From positions 1-29,598 of the IMG/VR virus record IMGVR_UViG_3300020045_005943: a stretch of DNA of 29,598 nt. One strand, 5' to 3'. The notes under the pieces were generated by a model that did not search any database, was not told the DNA's origin, and saw nothing but the letters and a program-made list of their open reading frames with translations. Of the stretch, positions 15,458 to 21,792 are shown one piece after another. Position numbers and translations under genes: made by a program. The stretch is from a virus (taxonomy: Duplodnaviria; Caudoviricetes). Each line of letters begins with the position of its first letter. Position 1 is the first letter of the stretch.

Positions 15458-16047
15458 AACGCTTGGTGTGTTTATACAGTGCGATTATTAACAGATGAAC
15501 TTTCAACGAAGTAGTAACAAATTTTAATTTAAAAAGCAGGGAGGGGCTTACCCAACATTTAAAGTTATGAAACAATCCAACTACACATTTGCGGAAGGAT
15601 TCTATGGAACTCCGGCAATTGCAGCCAAAGCAAGAGGCGCTAAAATGAAAGCCTTTGATTGGGATAAGGCAGCCCAAATAATAAAAGAAAGGTTTGCCCA
15701 ACATCCCGATTTAAGTGCAGAGGCAGGACTTCAAGGAGACTGGAATTATACAGGTGGGGTAATCTTTGAAAACGGCAAACCGACCAAAGAAAACTATACA
15801 TACCTATCATCAAATTGGGCTGCACCAACTTTGATTTTGAGCTGGGATGGTAATGAACAAGAGGAGCTTGAATGTTCAACTGAGGCCAATGAGAGATTTG
15901 ACTCAGATAGCAAATGGGATGAAACCTCTTTGGGTATTCTTGGGATAACTCTGTAATTCATCGTGCGGCTGGTGATTTTTAAATTAAAATTTGCACGGTG
16001 AACTATCCACAACGCACTGAACTAAGCATTGTATAAACACACTTGTT
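15458..16047 (+). repeat. attC-like hairpin A9 with a whole gene in its loop (inner pair 7)
   Basis: GTGTGTTTATACAGTGC 15466-15482 / GCATTGTATAAACACAC 16026-16042; inner perfect 18 bp pair at 15518-15535 / 15976-15993. Confidence 0.85.
15567..15956 (+). CDS. Hypothetical protein
   Basis: 129 aa (FDWDKAAQIIKE...AGLQGDWNYTGG...SSNWAAP). Confidence 0.8.
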   Translation: MKQSNYTFAEGFYGTPAIAAKARGAKMKAFDWDKAAQIIKERFAQHPDLSAEAGLQGDWNYTGGVIFENGKPTKENYTYLSSNWAAPTLILSWDGNEQEELECSTEANERFDSDSKWDETSLGILGITL

Positions 16048-16108
16048 GTATGCTGGCCGCCACCGCTTTTAAAAGGATTAGAGAGACTTCGGGCGGCTTG
16101 CATACAAC
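16045..16108. repeat. Empty GTT...AAC module next to the putative attI-like site
   Basis: GTTGTATGCTGGCCGCC 16045-16061 / GGCGGCTTGCATACAAC 16092-16108. Confidence 0.85.
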
Positions 16109-16148
16109 TATACCATTGAGAAATATTTCGTAAATCAAATTTAATCCG

Positions 16149-16156
16149 TATCTTTG
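16149..16156 (+). promoter_or_regulatory. Bacteroidota -7 promoter element for the recombinase
   Basis: TATCTTTG matches TAnnTTTG and lies 4 nt before the ATG. Confidence 0.6.
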
Positions 16157-16160
16157 AATC

Positions 16161-16988
16161 ATGGATACACGGACTAAATTCGAGAATTACATGGTTCTCA
16201 GAAACTTTGCGGCCAATAGCATCACAAGCTACTTATCAGTATTTGATATAGTCGTTTCTGAGGATGAAGAAATATTCAGTCGAAGCCAGGATGAAATAAT
16301 TACATACTTAGCGAAAAAGATTAAGAAGCAAAACCTAAGCGCTTCTTATGTGGCTCAGTTCGTGTCCGTGTTCAATATCGTTATTAAACAAATTTTAAAG
16401 CGAACAGATTCGATTAAGATACCAAGACCAAACAAACCTATTATACAACCAGACATATTAACTACTGAGGAAATAATCAAGATGCTTTCTTGCATAACCA
16501 ATATTAAGCATAAGGCTATAATTTGCTTAATGTACGCCACTGGAATAAGGGTTAGTGAGGTTTGTAATATGCGAATCAACGATATTGACAAGTCAACCAA
16601 CTGCATAAAAATAAGACAGGCAAAAGGAAAAAAAGATAGGGTTGCAATGTTAGACCCAAATCTATTAAACGTACTGAGGGATTACTTTGTATCGTACAAA
16701 CCAAACGTTTACCTGTTTAATGGAGCTAAAGGTGAAAAGTATTCTAGCCGGAGTATTCAAAAAATGGTAACAGATTGCGCTGCAAAAGCAGGCATTAGAA
16801 AGCACATCTCAAGCCACTCAATGCGTCATAGTTGCTTTACTCAGTTAGTAAAAGACGGAACGGATATTAGGTATATTCAAAAACTGGCCGGTCATAAGAA
16901 CATAAACACAACCGCCCGATACTTGCAAATAGCTGACATGGATATTATTGAAATGAAAAGCCCATTTTCTAATCTGAACTTGAAATGA
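16161..16988 (+). CDS. Tyrosine recombinase/integrase (XerD/IntI-like, N-terminal SAM-like domain)
   Basis: Catalytic motifs ATGIRVSE (R), AKGKKDR (K), HSMRH, LAGH and TTARY (Y); 275 aa with no arm-binding domain. Confidence 0.95.
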   Translation: MDTRTKFENYMVLRNFAANSITSYLSVFDIVVSEDEEIFSRSQDEIITYLAKKIKKQNLSASYVAQFVSVFNIVIKQILKRTDSIKIPRPNKPIIQPDILTTEEIIKMLSCITNIKHKAIICLMYATGIRVSEVCNMRINDIDKSTNCIKIRQAKGKKDRVAMLDPNLLNVLRDYFVSYKPNVYLFNGAKGEKYSSRSIQKMVTDCAAKAGIRKHISSHSMRHSCFTQLVKDGTDIRYIQKLAGHKNINTTARYLQIADMDIIEMKSPFSNLNLK

Positions 16989-17188
16989 GATACACAAGTA
17001 TAACCCGATATGCCAAATTAGTAGGCATAAATCGAGAGTCAGTCTATAAACGAATTAAGGCAGGATCAGTAATACTATTAGAAGATTGCGATGTGCCAGT
17101 GGTAGATTTAATGCAAAGTAAAGGAACAATGAACAGAAATGATTGGTCTAAACCAAAGGCACCTGATCTACCAAATTGGGCACGTTAG
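16985..17188 (+). CDS. Small HTH protein (excisionase/RDF-like)
   Basis: SITRYAKLVGINRESVYKRIKAG; ATGA-coupled to the recombinase. Confidence 0.65.
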   Translation: MRYTSITRYAKLVGINRESVYKRIKAGSVILLEDCDVPVVDLMQSKGTMNRNDWSKPKAPDLPNWAR

Positions 17189-17231
17189 AAGCCGTGGAAA
17201 GATGACGCGCAATAAGTGGAAGGATAGAGCG

Positions 17232-17714
17232 CTACTTGCGCATCATACGGTCTAACATCTTTTGCTTTTCGTGGCTCCCCTGACTTGTTCCGCGATGAAA
17301 ATTAATTGACGTTCCCAGGTAACCGCCCAACGTTCCAAACCCTACATAGAATAATTCGTGGTTTTCTTCTGGGACGGTGTGAAAAAATATCATTGAAAGC
17401 ATTACGAGGAAAGCGATTAACAAAAGAAGGTCAATAATGTAGCCTACGTTTTTAGCTAACCAAGATGAATTTTCACTTTGTTGGATAGTTGCATTGCTAT
17501 CCCTTGCGCTTTTCGTGTCTGCTAACTGGAGCTCCATTTCCTTAACAGCGCTTGCCTCCATCGCCTCCGCGTGCCGATTGATCTCACTATCAATCTTTAG
17601 CTGTGCCTCCAATGGCGCTATTTTGTTTTCGCCAACTTGCTGAATGATGTCTTTGGCAGAATCGGCAAGGCCTTTGAGGCCGCCTGAAAAAAGTCCTTTT
17701 AAGTTTAAGCTCAT
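17232..17714 (-). CDS. Holin-like membrane protein
   Basis: D..SAR motif followed by two hydrophobic helices; coupled to the endolysin. Confidence 0.65.
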   Translation of the reverse strand: MSLNLKGLFSGGLKGLADSAKDIIQQVGENKIAPLEAQLKIDSEINRHAEAMEASAVKEMELQLADTKSARDSNATIQQSENSSWLAKNVGYIIDLLLLIAFLVMLSMIFFHTVPEENHELFYVGFGTLGGYLGTSINFHRGTSQGSHEKQKMLDRMMRK

Positions 17715-18211
17715 AAGTTATAAAGTTTATACGCCTGTTCCTTTGTTAATAAGTCCCTGTGTTTCACGCCTTTGGCATCGTGGTAAATGTGTAAAATCTT
17801 TTTCATGGTGTAGCCTGGAAGTAGTCCAATATGAACCCAATCTGGTTGATTAAGATTGCCAAATTCCCAAATAATTTCATTGGCCGGAATCCAGCCATCA
17901 ATACAAAATTTGAATATCGCTTTATTATCCACATTGCCAAGCGTGTCAATATCCAGCGCCCCCGCGAAGGAGTGAAAGGAATTAGGCGACCCGCCCACGG
18001 CTTTGTTTAGTGGAGCAGACCGGAAAAATGAATAGCATCCAGCGTTCGGGAACTTGTCTTTGATCGGGTCAAATACTTTAGTTGCAATGTACTTAGCATT
18101 GGATAGCTCTGTTTCGTTCATGCTGTTATCAATGCCTTTCCGTATGGCCGTCTCGCTTTTAATGGCATCGGCTACGGTCAGGTACTTGCTTATCTTGTCG
18201 GTGAGGGTCAT
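17711..18211 (-). CDS. Endolysin, peptidase M15 family
   Basis: FRS..LN.AVGG...SFH...ALD and WVH zinc motifs. ATG at 18211 preferred. Confidence 0.85.
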   Translation of the reverse strand: MTLTDKISKYLTVADAIKSETAIRKGIDNSMNETELSNAKYIATKVFDPIKDKFPNAGCYSFFRSAPLNKAVGGSPNSFHSFAGALDIDTLGNVDNKAIFKFCIDGWIPANEIIWEFGNLNQPDWVHIGLLPGYTMKKILHIYHDAKGVKHRDLLTKEQAYKLYNL

Positions 18212-18327
18212 ATTTTTTATTACATTTGCGTTAAAGAAATTTAAGACTGTGTGGTTCGACTCCACTAGGGTCACTGACAGCAGGGGTGCTTTCGCGGAGG
18301 TTTAATAACCTTTCAGGGCGTGGTGAT

Positions 18328-18353
18328 AAAAGGGGGTTAACGCCCTCTTTTTT
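18328..18353. terminator. Possible bidirectional terminator
   Basis: AAAAGGGGG-ttaacg-CCCTCTTTTTT between the tail and lysis genes. Confidence 0.5.
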
Positions 18354-18364
18354 ATTTAGCTTGT

Positions 18365-18661
18365 TCATAACTTCGCGGCCTCTTTGTAAACCTTAACAAT
18401 CTCCTGCTTTACCATATTGTTCTTTTGGTTCTCCGTTCCCTGCGCCAACGCATCCCAATCAGTTATGTTAATCTGTGAACAAATCAAAGTAACGTAATTG
18501 TTCACCCGCCCGCCATCGTTTGGGGAGCGAAGCACTTCTTTGAAATAGTCCTTTTCGTCTTGGGTGTAATTGCCTGCCACTGCCTGCCGGGCAATGACAA
18601 TGAGTTGCAATTGTACGCGGCTGTGGAAATCAGCGTTACTTAGTAATTCTATTTGTGTCAT
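18365..18661 (-). CDS. Hypothetical protein (tail-fibre associated)
   Basis: 98 aa at the end of the tail operon. Confidence 0.65.
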   Translation of the reverse strand: MTQIELLSNADFHSRVQLQLIVIARQAVAGNYTQDEKDYFKEVLRSPNDGGRVNNYVTLICSQINITDWDALAQGTENQKNNMVKQEIVKVYKEAAKL

Positions 18662-19353
18662 ATCATTTGCGGACCCATTAGGCCTTTATAGTGCGTGTAA
18701 TATTTAATCCTATCCCTTATTTGTGTTCCCGTGTAAAGTGACTCTGATACAATTACCTCATCAACCATGCCTTTTATTGGTGAATTTAAACCACGGTTTG
18801 ATCCTACCATATTAAAATATGTAGCCGCTGTTGATACTTGAGTTGTAACAGCCGCGCTGCCTGCATTATTATTTCTATCCATATCTATATTGATCGTCTT
18901 GGCTATAATCAAAATTCTAAGAAAATGCCAATTCGTATCTGCGCTAAAAGTAATACTACAAGATTGATTAGAAGGCGAACCGGCAATCGTTCCGGTTAGT
19001 GTAACGGTTCCACCGCTTATCGAATAACTCGCTGAAAATTGAAGCCTGTTTGTTTGCGCGGTGTTATCGGTTGATATTACGATTATTGTTCCTGAATGGT
19101 TTGATGTGTCTAAAAATTTAAACGAAATAAAAACACATACATCAGATGGATTGCTTCCGCTTAAAATATTAGCATTATAGCTCAATCCTTTATTTGTTCC
19201 GGTGGTTCCAAAGTTAGCTCCATTCGAAAATTTACCTGCCGTAAAAGTTACTGTATTATGATTGGTTAAATTAAACCCGTTACCACTACTATCGTTAGCG
19301 TTTTCACACTTCAAATAAAGCCTCAAATTTCCTCCTGGTATTTCGCCAAGCAT
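18658..19353 (-). CDS. LamG/concanavalin-A-like virion protein
   Basis: NANDSSGNG.NLT...GKF..GANF, WHF and G.VDEV motifs. Confidence 0.7.
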   Translation of the reverse strand: MLGEIPGGNLRLYLKCENANDSSGNGFNLTNHNTVTFTAGKFSNGANFGTTGTNKGLSYNANILSGSNPSDVCVFISFKFLDTSNHSGTIIVISTDNTAQTNRLQFSASYSISGGTVTLTGTIAGSPSNQSCSITFSADTNWHFLRILIIAKTINIDMDRNNNAGSAAVTTQVSTAATYFNMVGSNRGLNSPIKGMVDEVIVSESLYTGTQIRDRIKYYTHYKGLMGPQMI

Positions 19354-20612
19354 TACAAGTAGATGTTATTAGTTTGAAATAAGTAAACGTTGATATAAGC
19401 ATCAATTGGCGCGGTGGTTGACAAAGTATTAACATTAAGAGTCATTTCATCGTCAATGGCCAAACTAGAATTATCAATTGCCGTATAGCTGTTACCAGCA
19501 ACCGCCCCGCTGGCAATGCTTACATCAGTAGTCCATAATGAGTTAGCCGATCCGTTTTTAACGGGTTCGTAAGTTGTGGCGTTTGTTGTCCCTGCTGTAC
19601 CGTGTGACCCGTCCGCCATTAGAACACGATAGGCGGCCTTTGCCGTAAACATCCAGCTTAAATCCGTTCCTGTAGCAATCGTTCCGGCTATCAGGAACGT
19701 GACTATTTTAGCATCCTTAGCTGTAAAGTAAAAGGATGTCATGGTAGCGGACGCGTCTAATGTATCCCCGCCAATTTCAACGGTAACCACATCAGCGGCA
19801 TAACTTGCGCTTTTAATGATTCCAACGTGAACGGTAGTATCCGTCCATTTTATTATCCTGAGCCTATCTAGTTTTTTATCCCAATTCCCGGCATTACCAA
19901 CATCCGGAATGGTGAACGTGTCCCCGTCCGTTCGGGTAACGGTAGGCATCTTTTTCCAAACGGCTGTATTATCAACATACGCCTTAACGCTCTGCTGGCT
20001 TGGCACCGCGCTGGCCGAATCGCTGGCCATGTCGTCCTCGTCTTTGAAGTCGATCAAATCAGCCGTGCCGCTTCCGGTGAATCTCGGTATCTTGTTGGCC
20101 GCGCTCGTTAGCCCGGCAATGGCGGTAAGTTCAGCGTCCAATGGTTGGTAAAGCGCATCGGCCTTTGCCTTTAGATAGTTAGCCCAAAGATTCGATAAAG
20201 TAGTTCTTAAATTAAGATTACTTACCGTGTCGCGGGTGAATACTTCATCGGTATCTAATGGCGTTGAATCCGAAGTATAACCAGCATAAAGGTCGTCAAG
20301 CGCTTGTGCCATTGTTCTGGCTGTAACCGTATTATCGGCATTGAGCCTAACCCAAGTAACCGCTGACGGGTTAGCCAAATTCATTATGGCTATGCCTACC
20401 GTTGTGGGTAGTATGGTGCTGTTCTTAATTAGTTTGCCCGTGGTGCCATCGTAAAGCACTACCGCCCCGCTCGTGGCGCTGGCCGGGCCTACAACGTCCC
20501 CGGAACCGCCTCCCCCGCTGGCCGCAATGGTAATGACGTTGCCAACCTGGGTTAGCGTTATGTTGCTACCCTCCTCAAGTAATGGCGCTATGTTGGTGTT
20601 AGCTATGGCCAT
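19353..20612 (-). CDS. Tail fibre-like protein
   Basis: GSGDVVGP.SAT, QPLDAELTAIAGL and VPSQQSVKAYVD segments typical of fibres. ATG at 20612 overlaps the upstream stop. Confidence 0.7.
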   Translation of the reverse strand: MAIANTNIAPLLEEGSNITLTQVGNVITIAASGGGGSGDVVGPASATSGAVVLYDGTTGKLIKNSTILPTTVGIAIMNLANPSAVTWVRLNADNTVTARTMAQALDDLYAGYTSDSTPLDTDEVFTRDTVSNLNLRTTLSNLWANYLKAKADALYQPLDAELTAIAGLTSAANKIPRFTGSGTADLIDFKDEDDMASDSASAVPSQQSVKAYVDNTAVWKKMPTVTRTDGDTFTIPDVGNAGNWDKKLDRLRIIKWTDTTVHVGIIKSASYAADVVTVEIGGDTLDASATMTSFYFTAKDAKIVTFLIAGTIATGTDLSWMFTAKAAYRVLMADGSHGTAGTTNATTYEPVKNGSANSLWTTDVSIASGAVAGNSYTAIDNSSLAIDDEMTLNVNTLSTTAPIDAYINVYLFQTNNIYL

Positions 20613-21283
20613 TAGTTTACAATAAATGAACCACCTCCCTGCACTTGCCAATAAATACTCATGTGTACCGTTATCCATCCATCGGTACGCCCGCCTGTTG
20701 CCGTTACGCTTCCGTCTGAACTTACGTTTTCATAATCTTTAAGTTCTAAAGTCATGTTCATTCCATCGCTATCACTTGTCCGTGCCGTGTAACCGGTTGG
20801 GGTGCTTATGGCAATGCTATCTTTTTGCCCGACTAAGGCCAATAACGTTCTAACCGATCCTCCAACCGTTACCGCGTTCCATGTTATGGTAGCATCTCCA
20901 TTGCCATCATCTTTCAAATCTGAATCTTCAATGGTGTTGGCATCTCTGTATTGGTAAATAATAGCGCTGAAAGTTGTAAGCCCTCCCGTGTCGCCCGTTC
21001 TTGTAACGGTAACAAAGCCTCCATTTTCTGAACCCGTGGCCGCCTTATAAAATACGGCTCCATTGCCAACCAATGCAACGGCTGAATTATTAAACCCACC
21101 GGTTACCACTGGCGTCCATCCCGAGGGGGTGTTTATTATTCCAGTTGTTACGCCTAACTGATCGTTAACAACCCAAAGAATAAGCATATCGCCAAACACT
21201 ATACCCGATGCAGGGTATTCAGGCAACACGGTATCTGTTGCCACTGAATCCATATCCCCTTTACCTATGTATGTAGCTGCCAT
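20612..21283 (-). CDS. Putative virion structural protein
   Basis: GDMLILWV...TPSGWT...YK.A beta-rich repeat; located in the tail module. Confidence 0.65.
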   Translation of the reverse strand: MAATYIGKGDMDSVATDTVLPEYPASGIVFGDMLILWVVNDQLGVTTGIINTPSGWTPVVTGGFNNSAVALVGNGAVFYKAATGSENGGFVTVTRTGDTGGLTTFSAIIYQYRDANTIEDSDLKDDGNGDATITWNAVTVGGSVRTLLALVGQKDSIAISTPTGYTARTSDSDGMNMTLELKDYENVSSDGSVTATGGRTDGWITVHMSIYWQVQGGGSFIVN

Positions 21284-21285
21284 TT

Positions 21286-21792
21286 TTAAGCTGTTCTTTT
21301 AACTCTGATAACTACCGTAACCCTTGTAACCGTTGCCACGCTGTCAACATTATACCTCAACCAATCGCCACGGGTTAACGATGTAGTCCATGACGATAGA
21401 CTTGTATCTTGATTTTTTAAAGCTGCCGTTATGGTTGGTTTTTCCGATCCTGTTATTGTATCTGCCACCGTTGGCGGATAGTTGGCATACGTGTCTTTCC
21501 AAATATCAATTACAATACTACCGGTTTGATCTGCCACAATATCCCATCCTAAAACGGTACAGTTAAAAGGTATCATTATATCGCCCTTTATGCCGGTTGT
21601 TATTGTGGCCCCTGGATTGATAACATATTGTATCGTATCGTATGCATCGTCAATAAATAGAACGCTGTCTTTTATATCCGTTGAAAACGTCCTCATTATT
21701 AAGGCTGTTATTGCCCTAATGGCGTTTGTAGCGAAGCTACCCGATGCATTGGCATAGGTAGTATCGAACGTTGATTTGCTTAATTGGCTCAT
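21286..21792 (-). CDS. Putative tail structural protein
   Basis: 168 aa. The C-terminal beta domain resembles the end of the 19353-20612 protein. Confidence 0.65.
   Translation of the reverse strand: MSQLSKSTFDTTYANASGSFATNAIRAITALIMRTFSTDIKDSVLFIDDAYDTIQYVINPGATITTGIKGDIMIPFNCTVLGWDIVADQTGSIVIDIWKDTYANYPPTVADTITGSEKPTITAALKNQDTSLSSWTTSLTRGDWLRYNVDSVATVTRVTVVIRVKRTA

Larger units (their letters stand above)
14590..15460. repeat. GTT...AAC module carrying a micro-ORF cluster
   Basis: GTTATGCACAGTGGC 14590-14604 / GCCATTGTGCATAAC 15446-15460. Confidence 0.85.
8081..16108 (+). mobile_element. Integron-like cassette array associated with a tyrosine recombinase
   Basis: AAC cores at 9089, 9626, 10210, 10530, 11306, 12896, 13696, 14504, 15458 and 16106. 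GTT cores at 9272, 9465, 9693, 10331, 11214, 12967, 13762, 14590 and 16045. Paired arms co-vary, and the array ends 52 bp before the recombinase ATG. Confidence 0.8.

Noticed and set aside
8164-15993. IS elements or MITEs as the source of the inner inverted repeats
   Set aside because: There is no transposase, each pair has a different sequence, and no target duplications are evident outside the arms.
9089-16108. CRISPR array
   Set aside because: The repeats are degenerate inverted pairs separated by gene-sized, variable segments. There are no constant direct repeats with uniform spacers and no cas genes.
9089-16108. Shufflon-type DNA inversion system
   Set aside because: All cargo genes and asymmetric motifs face the same way, whereas an invertase acting on these arms should leave mixed orientations. 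Disfavoured rather than excluded.
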